Of a DNA stretch of 64,000 nucleotides, positions 24,201-34,960 are shown piece by piece (position 1 is the first letter of the stretch; every line of letters starts with the position of its first letter). Source of the DNA: Oopsacas minuta (Eukaryota > Animalia > Porifera); the NCBI GenBank assembly GCA_024704765.1, contig JAKMXF010000111.1, positions 1,371,372 through 1,435,371 on the forward strand. The letters run 5' to 3'. Under the pieces are notes generated by a model. It did no database searches. It was not told the origin of the DNA and saw nothing but the letters and a program-made list of their open reading frames with translations. The translations under genes were made by a program, and so were the position numbers.

Positions 24201-26547
24201 TCATGATTGTACTAATCCTCATATTCCTACTGGTGATGGTGATAAATAAATATAAGAGAATGTTGAGGATAGCAGAGAGTATGCAAAGAAATAACGTGAT
24301 TAGTCTTGTACAACGTTCAAACAGTCATGTAATGAAAGAACTAGATATAGCTTCATATGACAGTGAGTATCACCAAATAATAGCAGAGCGGGAATACGAG
24401 TGGATTACATATAAAAGAGCTAATACTGATGTGGTGTATTCAAACACAAAAGATGATCAGATAGATCAAAGTGTGACTGCATTGAGTACTCAAAATATAT
24501 ATTTACCATAATATTATTGCTTTGAATATTTTCGTATTCATTAAATTTGCTCAGTAAAGAATGCTTCTATATAAACATAACTGGGTTAGAGGTAATGAGC
24601 TTAAATGCAAGCTGAAATTCTCAACTTTCTAATGAGATAAATGATCAATCTTGTACAGATATACGTCCGTATAGCCTGGATAACCCAGAGGCTGGATCTC
24701 CCTGTTATCAGGTTGACTATACTAACTGTACTATGCTACTCTAAAGTAATTTGAAACAGCAACCACATGTCTCATACTACATAATATCATATCTGAAATC
24801 TGTATCATATAATTTTGAGATTTGAACTTAGCCAGCATCAAAAGTTATATAAAATACACAAGTATCTCACCTGATCAGTCTTTGACTTGACAAACCGTTT
24901 GTATAATTTAGTTTGTAATGGAGATAGTCTACAGCAGACCAACTGCTCTACCTTAACAGGCAGATATTTGGTGAGAATAGATGCAGTACGTCTAATGATA
25001 CACCTGTTAACAAGCTCTATCAGTTCCTGGAGTTTCTCGCTTCCCTTCTCTCTCTCCTTCTCACTAGCGTCTGAATCTCTACTACGCATTATAGGTATCT
25101 ACATTTATCGTGTAAATTACTAAAGAATTCAACACTGAGAGCATTCATTCACTAACCTCGTATGTTTTATGGAATTCACTCTCAGTACCCAGAATTCCAG
25201 CATTCACGAAATGAACTAGACTAAAATACTCCAGTAAGTCATTCTGAATAGGAGTTCCAGAAAGGAGCACTCTCCTCTTTGCGTTGAGTTTGTTCAGAGC
25301 AGTGTATGTCTGACTCTCTGAGTTCTTGAGACGATGTCCTTCATCACAAATAACAATACCAACTTCTCCCCTGTGTAGGACATTAGCATGAAGACGGAAT
25401 CCTTCGTAGGATAATATAAGCACCTGTACTCCTGCTCTTACCCTCTGGTCTAAGATAAATTGTAGCAGCTTCTTGTCGATCTCATCTTTGCTCCCTGAGT
25501 CAATTGCTAGACAGCGAACTCTTCCGAACAACCACTTGTCAAACTCTTTAGCCCAATTCTTAACAAGACTAGAGGGACATACAATGATAGCCTTACTGGC
25601 AGTAGGAACAGCTTCTGGGCTCTGTCTAATCAGAGTCCATACAAGAGTGATGCACTGGAGAGTCTTTCCCAGTCCCATTTCATCAGCCATTACACATCCG
25701 TAGCTGCCTTCAATCCTCTTTCCGGTAACACACTCGTATAGGAACTTGACGCCTGACCTCTGATGTGGTCTCAGTACCTGGCACAGGATAGGGTCTACTA
25801 CTACGTGTACCTACAAACACTATATGCTGTATATTGTACTGTTATATTGTAGACTAATTGTATACAGAGGCTTAGCTGGGCTGGACAAGAGTGTGGTAGC
25901 AACCCAAATAAGAAATGCTAGCTAGCCTTTGGGTACAGGCCGCACTTAAATGGGTGTGCCAAAGGTGCCGCAATGCTTGGGTTGCTGACAATTGCCCTGG
26001 TTGATAGAAATCCCAAAGCTACGCCTGTCTGTACCCGTGTGCCACACACTTTGGCTACTGGTCTGGTTATATTTATACACACCTGAGTTTTGCTATTATC
26101 CTTAGAACTAGATAGCTGTTCTTGCGGGCTCTGTTCTGGTGGGTAGTAGAGGACCAGTGCCCCATCGGAGTACGGGTCGTGTAGTGCTACTCGTAGTCCC
26201 GTTCTCCTCATACCCAGACACTTACTGCTACTGCTACCACCTGCATACCCCTCCAATGGGACCTTGAAGGGTTTCTTCAGGATCTGTAATATGAACTGTT
26301 CATGGTTAAAGTAAGACATCTTTCTTGTCTCATTTTTCTCCTTTCCGTCTGTCTCCCCATCTGAGTCAATTTCATCTAACAACTGTTTGTAGCAAACTCT
26401 CTTGTTCGGAAACCTCTTCGCATCGGACGAACGCTTCCTTGCCAAGCTAGTAGGAGGTTTGTAAAGTGTGTTTGGGTCTCTGTTTTCATTAGGAGACTGC
26501 TCACTCAAGATAATGCTAACCCTGCTAGGCGCATAAGATCTTCTCAT
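18291..26547 (-). CDS. RAD54L: DNA repair and recombination protein RAD54 (SWI2/SNF2 ATPase); exons 26547-26083, 25810-25157, 25098-24871, 22192-21941, 21269-20942, 18640-18291 (758 aa)
   Basis: Starts MRRSYAPS; motifs [70 protein letters not shown]. The last exon ([23 protein letters not shown]...[10 protein letters not shown]) was read manually. Junctions are GT-AG and phase-compatible. Confidence 0.95.
19382..19833. mobile_element. hAT-type MITE (TAGGGTTGCCAGA family) in the last RAD54 intron
   Basis: GGGTTGCCAGA / TCTGGCAACCC inverted termini. Flanks TACGGCCC and TACGGTAC match at 6 of 8 positions. Confidence 0.7.
20168..20881 (+). CDS. PNPO: Pyridoxine/pyridoxamine 5'-phosphate oxidase, intronless, nested antisense in RAD54 intron 5
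   Basis: Motifs [59 protein letters not shown] and the terminal RLQP. Confidence 0.95.
   Translation: MFCLITTRILSRSLQLAKMCADKSSSISIDPSQKRLQYDTPILNNVDKNPFIQFQQWYEKASSVSEIEEPNAMCVSTCNKEGKPSSRMVLMKKFTERGITFYSNQESRKGGEMTYNSNVALLFYWTALKQQIRIEGRVERVPDTEADDYWSTRPMMSRITTVVSQQSRPVSSREELERKIEEVKEREGDGVKRPSHWIGYLVVPDTFEFWQGHSGRLHDRFQYKSIGGDWDITRLQP
21297..21438. mobile_element. Degenerate Tc1/mariner-type MITE in RAD54 intron 4
   Basis: Left end TATAGTAAACTTTCGTTATAACGA versus reverse complement of the right end TACAGTAACTCCCCGTTATAACGA. Confidence 0.65.
22733..24511 (+). CDS. Type I membrane protein: signal peptide, leucine-rich repeats, LRRCT, EGF-like domain, TM and a short tail. Nested antisense in RAD54 intron 3; likely start near 22811
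   Basis: LRRs ([31 protein letters not shown]), [17 protein letters not shown]-like [16 protein letters not shown], hydrophobic TM segment [28 protein letters not shown]. Confidence 0.85.
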   Translation: MINIHNSMYNYLFNNLNKFLQNINIKMKMRNRLIYLKLMLLLLILQVKCQCYTQSFICIDKIPNIYKKCVINTTDYNSISDNINKCSIGRYEKLEIQITQGHVKININLPENIIKLKISNPNGVDNVSVEVFNIHGYIRSMSLYGDNIHIKQQDFFCHFTNLLELQAEKLIFINPPTFTQNIYLERIIINQSVMLNQTDRVIDNTFVGGLTKLKVLIWKRGRITGILDNSFSRIGRLNILDLTDNCIKEITDSSFDGLQSLTYLGLSSNTITKVYITALTGLTNLKILDLANNPTFPLDSITPVWSLERVIISHYNATYLRPHPFQQLPNLAIIELDYIQFPCDCSNQWISQLHVYEIGITKIGSYCLNQEKQVDDTTLYTVCGNNTYTCFNHSQSCPAVEDWRVDYRDKCFCCQVNTSAIYSIDTGDCHQLCNNIEGSYYCSCMDGQSIFIENYCEVINEDKFWEVNTVIFAEQNLFLLLLLLTVISFLMIVLILIFLLVMVINKYKRMLRIAESMQRNNVISLVQRSNSHVMKELDIASYDSEYHQIIAEREYEWITYKRANTDVVYSNTKDDQIDQSVTALSTQNIYLP

Positions 26548-27063
26548 TGTACTACAAAAACGATATGTAATGAGATATAAAAAGTCCATTGTGCGGAAGT
26601 ATAATGATCTTATTGTAACAGGTCTGTGGAGCATTCCTGGCACCAGTCCAAGGAAAATTCTGAACTACATCTAGAATAATGTCATGAATGCAACATAGCA
26701 GGCTGTGAATGCAATAATACCTCACTTACAACCAATCTTCTCTCGCTAATTCCAGAAATATCTAATCCAACTTCTATATAACCCTTCACTATGCCCAGAG
26801 CTTCAATTAGCAGAGTACAAAATTGCAAAGCATTCAAGGCAGAATTCTGAGCTACACTTAGAATAGTGTCGTAAATGCAATGATTCTACATGCAAGCATG
26901 CACACTCAATTTTATTATATGATATAATGAAATAACAGTAGGGCTCTTGATAAAGCCCCTGTCATAGCATTCTAATACACTAAGGCAATCGCAATGGCTA
27001 TTTTTTCAGGATCAGGGATTGATCAACCGAGTTTGGGATTATTATGCTGGAGTGTATATGGGC

Positions 27064-27745
27064 CAGGGTTGTAGTGCTCAAATTTCTAGTGGGGGAGCGC
27101 TTAAAAAAGAATATATTACGCAAAAATTTGTAAAACAAAGTTATTTTTCTATCAACGAAACATGTAATCCACATTACGAGTAATATAAACTAAAAATACT
27201 TCTAAATAATGTTGTCCTTCTTCGGTGCAAATGTAACAGTCGACTCCGTAATCCATTCTTGCCAAACGATTCTATATTAATAATCGTCTAAAAGCGTCAG
27301 TATTGAATTCTAGGTCCCTTTTACTACTCTTTGCCACATCCCTGAGTAAGTCGAAAAATAATGAAATAATCTTTTATGGAATTTCACATAACTGTAGGTG
27401 TAGGAGGCCATTAGTTATTGATAGACAGTATGGCAAACCCCAATTGCACCATTGTTATAATGGTCCAGAATATGCAAAATTGCCACACGGTTGATAGGAT
27501 CACTTGGCCAAAACAGTGCAGTATGATGTTAAATACTTCCTGAGACCGGGCCAACACGTTTAATCCTCTTGATTGGTTGGTAATGGCCTGGAGCCGATGT
27601 TACCCTATTAAGAGGAGTTGACTAGAGTACGAAAGAAGGACAACTCCGGAAAACTTAATCTACCTTCATTTAATTATAATAACAATAATCAAGTTAAAGT
27701 GGGGAGCGCCTCTCCCCCCACACCTCCCCCTACACTACACCCCTG
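27064..27745. mobile_element. hAT-type non-autonomous element, 682 bp
   Basis: TIR CAGGG[T/G]TGTAGTG; 8-bp flanks ATATGGGC and ATATGGGA (7 of 8 match). Confidence 0.8.
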
Positions 27746-28318
27746 ATATGGGAGAATGAATGTATTACATACTTGCAGAAATACATGCCATCATTCCATA
27801 AAAGCAAATATTTGTCAAAATATGCAAAAATTATTTATTTTGTAATCAATAATTCAGCGAATTATCAAAAGAATGCTCCATCTTTAAACCATTATTTCGA
27901 GTCAAACTCTTGGTTCTAAAATGAGCTGGTAAAATCAACTCATTATTTTGAATGAGTTGAATCAGCTGGTAGACAAATAGTTTTTTGCCAACTCCAAATA
28001 AGTTGATACAGCCTTTCTTTATTAATTTATTAATTTAATTTTATTATTATTATTTCAGGGTACTCTGGTATTTCTCAACCAATTTCTTATCAGAACAATC
28101 AGATTATCGATATTATCTCGTTACATAATAGTTAATTCTATGGGATTACCTGTTATGAACACCAAATCTTGGACAAAAGTGGCGATAATTAAATTTAAAT
28201 AAGTAATATGAACTTTCCATGTAATTAAAAAATTACTTATAGGCAATAGATTCTATACTATTTCTTTTTGATCTATTTATTCAATATCTTTGGTAATTGA
28301 GAGTCTGAGATTTGAAAG

Positions 28319-29221
28319 ATGAATCGCTCTTACAAAGAAGTAAAGATCCCAGTTTCATGGGGAACATTAGCTGGCAAGCTCTGGCTGCCTAACTGCCCTC
28401 AAACTACCAAACTATCGGGAGTCTTAATGATGCATGGAATTCTAGACAATGCGTCCAGCTTCGACCCTTTAATCAAATATTTTCCCCAAGAAATGACTTT
28501 ACTATCCTTAGATCTAGCTGGACATGGATTTTCTGATCACTACTCTGAGAAACTCTCTTACCAATATTTCAGTTTACTATCCGATGTGATTGAAGTATTG
28601 AGGTTTCTGTCTTGGGAGAAACCTATTCTGGTTGGACATAGTTTGGGTGGAGTATTAGCGATAAATATAGCAGCTATTTTACCAGATAAAATAGGTAAAA
28701 TCATAATATTGGATGGATCATATCCGCCTAAAATACGGTATGAACTTTTCTCTGCGTACATGTCTAGATTATATGAAACAGAAATTGGCCCAAATAAAGA
28801 GAAGATTTATTCGACAAAATTGGCTGTAGTAGAAAGGATATTGGAAGGCCATCCCGACCTGAGTCGATCTTCAGCTGAGATTCTGTCAACAAGAGGTTGT
28901 AGAGAAGTGAATGGGGGATATATTCTGACAAGAGATATCGGCATACCCAAAATACTCCTTTTCTACAGTCGATATGTATTTTGGAAAGTTCTGGATCAGT
29001 TCATATTAGATAACATTACTATGCCTGCTCTCTTCACAATTTCAGAAGAATCTTTTCAATTTACACATCAAAAAGAAATTGAAAAAGCTGGTATTAAACT
29101 GTCACCTACGACTAGATTGGAATACGTGAAAGGAGGTCATCAAGTACATATGGATGATCCGAGAGAAATTGGGAAATTAATTACAACGTTTTTGGAGCAA
29201 AAGAGAAAATCAAAGTTGTAG
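28319..29221 (+). CDS. Alpha/beta hydrolase, serine hydrolase-like (SERHL/kraken type)
   Basis: Motifs WGTLAGKLW, HGILDNASSFD, DLAGHGFSDH, nucleophile elbow GHSLG and catalytic His GGHQVH. Confidence 0.85.
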   Translation: MNRSYKEVKIPVSWGTLAGKLWLPNCPQTTKLSGVLMMHGILDNASSFDPLIKYFPQEMTLLSLDLAGHGFSDHYSEKLSYQYFSLLSDVIEVLRFLSWEKPILVGHSLGGVLAINIAAILPDKIGKIIILDGSYPPKIRYELFSAYMSRLYETEIGPNKEKIYSTKLAVVERILEGHPDLSRSSAEILSTRGCREVNGGYILTRDIGIPKILLFYSRYVFWKVLDQFILDNITMPALFTISEESFQFTHQKEIEKAGIKLSPTTRLEYVKGGHQVHMDDPREIGKLITTFLEQKRKSKL

Positions 29222-29325
29222 TTAGTGTATGTTATGTGACAAGTATGTACACTGTGCATGTGTTTTATATTAAAATAGGAGATACAGTCATGGTACTAAT
29301 TTCATTGTGGGTCTTATTTTTCTAA

Positions 29326-29452
29326 GGGCTATTCAATGGCTATTTAACGTTTCAAGGAGAGGGGAAGCAAAAGCAACAGCCCTATTCTCTGAATATTAAA
29401 ACAAGCGTGACTTAGGTGTGGGATTTGTCTAACGTAACATTTGAACGGTCCC
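29326..29452. mobile_element. Degenerate PIF/Harbinger-like MITE
   Basis: Left end GGGCTATTCAA versus reverse complement of the right end GGGACCGTTCAA, with TAA on both flanks. Same terminal family as 49976-50133. Confidence 0.55.
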
Positions 29453-29459
29453 TAAATAT

Positions 29460-29570
29460 CAGGGTTGCTGTGGGAATGGGAATTCGCATGGGAAACAGTG
29501 GGAAATCTTATGGGATTTCCCATAGAGATCCTGTGGGAACGGTATTTGAAATTCTGTTTCCACAACTGTG
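29460..29570. mobile_element. Small degenerate hAT-like MITE with GGGAA-rich interior
   Basis: Ends CAGGGTTGCTGTGGGAA and TTTCCACAACTGTG; 8-bp flanks CTAAATAT and CTAAATAC (7 of 8 match). Confidence 0.55.
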
Positions 29571-29645
29571 CTAAATACAGAATATGATTTTCATACTTTT
29601 CAAATGATATAAATTTACTGAAGTTACGCACATTAGAATAACTTT

Positions 29646-31419
29646 ATGGCTCAATCAATTAGTAAAGAGTTTGATTATGTTAAAGAAGACGTTAAGTATC
29701 CTTATCACTATAAAAATGATTCTATGGGACATAACCCAATATTAAGTGAGAGATTACTAGAACCTAACCACCATGTTAATAAACCCAGACGCAGGAAGAA
29801 GAGGACAGGTAGATCTGTTCACAATGCACACACACCTCACCTGGATATTATAGAAGCTACTGACAAGAAAGATGTACTTCAACAGAGCCTGTTTATTTCA
29901 TTGCCTTTAGAAATATTATTAAAGATTTCAAGTGAGTATTCTCTATCAGCAAGAGACCTTATAAACCTATCTCTCTCATGCAAGTACTTCTCTGCTTCTA
30001 TTCTTAACGGACGCTGTATAGCCGAGGAGGCAGCCAAATTGGGATTATATTATCTCCTTAGCAACAGCATTCCTATGGCATTAGAAAGGATACGGATTGA
30101 AGGAATGGATCAGCTGTTAAATGAATGTCTTACTCCCAACAGCAATGAGACATGGCTACAAGTATATGATGCTGTACATAAGCTATATACGCAGAAATAT
30201 GTGGATAAAGGAACCATGTGTTGTGCAGGTGGGTCACACACTGGTATTGTAACGGAGGGAGAGCTGTACACCTTTGGACTGGGTAATAATGGGCAACTGG
30301 GATTAGGCAGCTATAATGACGTATTAATTCCTACACAGGTGAATATACAGCCATATGGGAGGGATTTTATGAGGAGAGGACTGAGAGTGGACAGGGTGAA
30401 AGCACGCTACATATCGTGTGGACTTTTGTACAGTGCTCTTGTATCAGATAGAGGAGTGTTGTATACGTGTGGAAAGAATACCCGAGGAGAGTTAGGCTAC
30501 CCAGCACTGAGGGACGAAGGAGAGCAGGATGACCAAGGGTTCGATATAATAAATATCATTTCTGTATCATCTATTAAATAATCTTCTTATTAGATATTTT
30601 CCTTACTTCTTCGTTGGAGTACTTTTGCCAGAATCTATATCCGTTAAGACAGTAGAGTGCGGAGATCATCACACAGCAATAATCACTGATACAGGACTAC
30701 TATACACGTTTGGTGGGAATGAACATGGACAGCTGGGGTTAGGAGACTTTTCAAACAGGAGAGAACCAGCACTGGTAGAGACATTGAGGGCATTTATATG
30801 CACTCAAGTGTCAGCATTCACTCACACAGCTGTGGTGACTGTTTGTGGGGCCCTGTTCACGTTTGGAGAAGGTGAGCGTGGACAATTGGGTTCTTGTGAT
30901 GCTAAGACTTGTCCGGTGCCTAACAGAGTGAATTGTCTGAAGAGAAAGAGGGTTATACACGTAGCAGCTGGATACTCGCACATGCTTGTAGTGACATCAC
31001 GGGGAGAACTCTACTCGTGTGGATGGAATGCTCACTACCGTTTAGGTATCAGAGAGCTTGCTCCCTCCTCTATAGCTGTAGAACCTACTAAGGTGTTATT
31101 TCCTGGGGTAGTGAGGATTAGAAAGGTGTGGGCAGGTATGTCACACAGTCTAGCTCTCTCTGAGGGAGGAGAGCTGTACGGATGGGGACGTAACTTGAAT
31201 GGAGAAGTAGGAGTAATGGGATTGGAAACAGAGTACCAGATTACTCCCAAATGTATACTCAGTGTTAAAGAGCCAGTTGTTCAGGCTAGTGGAGGACTTA
31301 GTCACACCTTAGCAGTGACAGCTGACGGAGGAGTGTACTCGTGGGGATCTGGTGCTAAGGGGAGATTGGGACATGGTACTACACATAACAAGATATATCC
31401 TGGATTAATCAAAGTATAG
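29646..31419 (+). CDS. F-box-like plus RCC1-repeat protein; exons 29646-30538 and 30594-31419
   Basis: F-box-like SLPLEILLKI...DLINLSLSCKYF and multiple RCC1 repeats (GELYTFGLGNNGQLGLG, LYTFGGNEHGQLGLG, VYSWGSGAKGRLGHG). A 55-bp GT-AG intron (30539-30593) joins the two ORFs in frame. Confidence 0.82.
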
Positions 31420-31719
31420 ATTTCATGTTTGTTAGTTGTTTGTGTGTATTATTGCATGAAGAAACAGTAGCGTAGCCAGAGTAATAAGGGTGCACAAAGC
31501 TAAACGTAGTGAGCCGCTATCTCTTATCCTTAGACTATGCGTACAGCTACTTGTACAATGCAACTAATCTTAAGTCTAAGATGAATGACTGTGTCTGTTT
31601 GTTTATCTGTTGCCAAGGAAAGGATTTACGGTATGCAATTTTGAAATTGTCGCATAACTATATATTTATCGTGTTTATCAAGGAAGTAAATAGAATTCAA
31701 TAAAACTTCATTAAATATA

Positions 31720-32245
31720 TCGAACATGCTGCATCCGATTTTAACACTTTTGGATTAATCATATGTAAATTTATTGTTGTTTTTATGAATATATAGCAAA
31801 CAACAATTGAGATTTAATAATATAGATAATTAAATTTTTAACCATGAATATGAGTTTGAATATTTTTATTCAGAGGTTCATTATAAAGGTGTTATAATTT
31901 CACTGCTCGATCTCGGAAAAATGCCTAATCCCTGAAAAACCGGGATTCCAGGTCGATCCCTGACTAAACAAATTCTCCCAATCTCAAAATATACGTACAT
32001 GCTTGCTCTAAACGGCTATCCAGGGGTAAGTAAGTACGAAGAATCCGAGTTTCGCATTTTTCGAGTTTCTCATATGTAAATTTATTGTTGTTTTTATTAA
32101 TATAAAGTAAACAAATTTCAAAATTATTGTAGAATCATACTTTCAACGACAATACTGAGGTAATCGAGTATGTTTGTCAGTTGAATACCTCGAGGCGCAA
32201 TGCGCCGAGTTCATCGCAAAGCGACGAGCCAAAGGCTCGTATTTA
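31720..32245 (+). repeat. Dispersed ~130-bp repeat family (core GGTAATCGAGTATGCTGATTCCGA) ending in a cluster of GC hairpins
   Basis: Units near 31720, 32020 and 32155 align with 55430-55700, 61210-61400, 63865 and inverted copies at 17040-17920. Hairpins at 32194-32240. Confidence 0.75.
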
Positions 32246-32740
32246 TTATATTAAAATCAACTTTGAAATTTATATCTAATCACAGTTTCTGACTGTAGGA
32301 TCTGGTTCATCAATTTTAGAAAATTATTCTAACCTTTTTGTAGCCGGACCCGTTGCGACCTCTATTACGTGTATAGGTTAGTTTGGCGGTTTGGGACCAT
32401 ATTTTTACAATTCCAATCTTCTAAATAGCTAATATTAGTAGGATTTTGAAATATTCGTGTTCGATATAACGTGAGTTGACTGTAAAACTAGATTCAGTCA
32501 GATTCTGCCTGGAACTTAGTCCAGAATACTCAAATTTTACAGCTGAAATAAACTGATCTCAGTTTTAAAAGTCTTTATTGTCTCAGTTAAAATTGAAAAC
32601 TAATTATTTCCATGTAATAAATATAAATAAAGTCACAAACACACAAAATTAAATCAGATTGAATTATATGATAAGAAGTGTGGGATGCAACTCATTATCA
32701 ATGAGAGATATTATAAGAAATAAATATTGGTAATTTGATG

Positions 32741-33865
32741 TTACATTGTATCTTGATCATCTCCACCTACTTCTCCCTCATACTCCATTCTAGACTGTCT
32801 TCTCCATTCTTTTATCAGTGACAGGAAGCTCATTATACTCCCGAGCAGTCCCAGTACTCCAGCAGCTACAACTAATCCGTATCCGTGTGTGAGACAGCCG
32901 CTTACAGCCTCTCCGTTAACAGAGAAGAATCCAGCAAAGCTATGGTCAATATACCCATACACAATCAGGGATATTACAAGGCATATAGTGGATACGATAG
33001 CGGATATTCCTGAGGCAAGATAGAGTGCTTTTGATTTGCAGAGAGGAATCACGAATATGAGGGCAGCAAGATAGAATATGAGACTGAGGAATATAAAAGC
33101 AGCTGATACATTAAGCTTTGTCTTCATCTCTGCACAGATTATAGAGCTGTCTGTAGCAAACGCTAGCTGTCTGACACTACCGATTAGAGGGTTCAGCTCT
33201 AAGCTGCAGTTTATGTCATTGATGTGTGCACACTCAAGTATTGACGCCTCCTACAGATATATATGTGTGTACTGGTGAAATTTCTCATTAGTTATAACCT
33301 CAAATTTCAAGGCTCGAAACTTCAAATTATAACTTCGAGAGTAAGCCGTATTGGATGAGGGACAAATGGGCCAGAGCCCCCAAGCTCCAATCAGTGTAAT
33401 ACCCAGGGAGCTAATGCCTAATAGGATCATAACCTCTCGAAGTATTAATTGTAAAACTACTAATTACAGTTTCTGTTACCTGAATACACCTCTTGATGGG
33501 ACCTTGTGAGTATTCTATCTTTGTCTGACCTCTGGTGAGAGAGCGTTGTGTCCAAGTTTCCATACCAATGCTGATTATCAACACAATAAGAACTACAATG
33601 TAAGTAATCATAGCTAGCATTGGGAATATATTCACATCAATCACTTCCTTCACGTTAGTCTAAACATAAGAATAAATACACGTATAATTCTTATAAATTA
33701 GTTAAATAAAGATAAAGATACCATAGTGAAGCTTGAAGATGTTCTCGCGGACATTTTAGAAATAGATTCCATACTCCTCTTATGCCAGGGGCCTTTAGAA
33801 CCAGGTTTCAAGCTGTTATCTTGAATCTCCTCAAATTTAGGAGGCTTACTTGATTTGAGACCCAT
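32741..33865 (-). CDS. Claudin/PMP22-like tetraspan membrane protein; exons 33865-33722, 33659-33480, 33250-32741 (277 aa)
   Basis: Four hydrophobic segments. W...GPIKRC in the first loop followed by further Cys residues; GYGLVVAAGVLGLLG before the last TM segment. Phase-0 GT-AG junctions. Confidence 0.7.
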
Positions 33866-34960
33866 GTAGGTTGCTAGGAAATGTTGTAAAATATGTATTA
33901 ATGAAGGTTTAGTACAAAATATTAGGGAGTAATAAGTACTAAGCGATAACAATGTAATAATGTAATACATACATTTATATGTTTAATGAGATTTAATAAA
34001 CGGGAGGGTGGAATATATAAGGGGTTTGGAAACTCCTAAGTGCAGAATTAATTTGAATATTGTCAATGTACAGTCGTTTCCGTTTATTTGGAACACGCTG
34101 ACCCCATAACTCCTGATTTACTGATATACTTGTATTATACTACTATAAGTTGTGTATGAATCACTCCTTGAAATGTGCCCGATTATTAAGCGAATAATAT
34201 ATATTACGTAATAGCCATACATCTGATATTTTGAAGATTGAGCAATTTGGCTAAGCTTAGCAGTGTAGAATAGTTGCTTGTAGAAAAAAATTCCAAATTA
34301 TTGTAGAACTCAAATGTATTTCTTAATTCGCTGATTAACCTACTAGCCATGCGGCAATTATCATAGTTTCGCTATTATTTTTGTTGAAACCCATCCAATT
34401 AATACAGTCTACGCAATTGCACTTGTATTTTGACCATTTATGTAATAAGAGTTTTAGAATATTTCATAAAGGTTGTACATACTCTAAATGTTTCAGCTTG
34501 AATAGTCGTTCAAATAATTGGTAAATACATACCGTATATACCCTGGAAGCCACTTAATTATACATTTACGGATTTATACCTATAGTACTGATGGCTTGAG
34601 GTAATTCAATCAAATTTAGTAAATAGAATTTGGGTCTGATTATTAAATACCACTGAATAGTAATTACCATTTCAATCTAATTTCAAATACGGTATACAAG
34701 TACATGTAGATATGTTGACAGACTATTTACTTAAATTAATGGACTCTGTGTTTTAGATCCGGCGCCACGAGGGTGTCTTGGGTGCCACTCACTCAAATAT
34801 GCGGCTCCGCCCATAAGGTTTCATACTAAAATTCTTCGATTTTCTGTCATTTGTCTAATTGTAATATTCACTTTGAAAAGCAATTTCAATATATTGATTG
34901 ATTGTAAAAACATTGGATAATTTACAAAATTGTATTAGAAATATCTCCTATAATCAGCTG

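Noticed and set aside
25918-26643. 241-aa ORF as an independent gene
   Set aside because: It is RAD54 exon 1 (true start MRRSYAPS at 26547) read through into flanking and intronic sequence.
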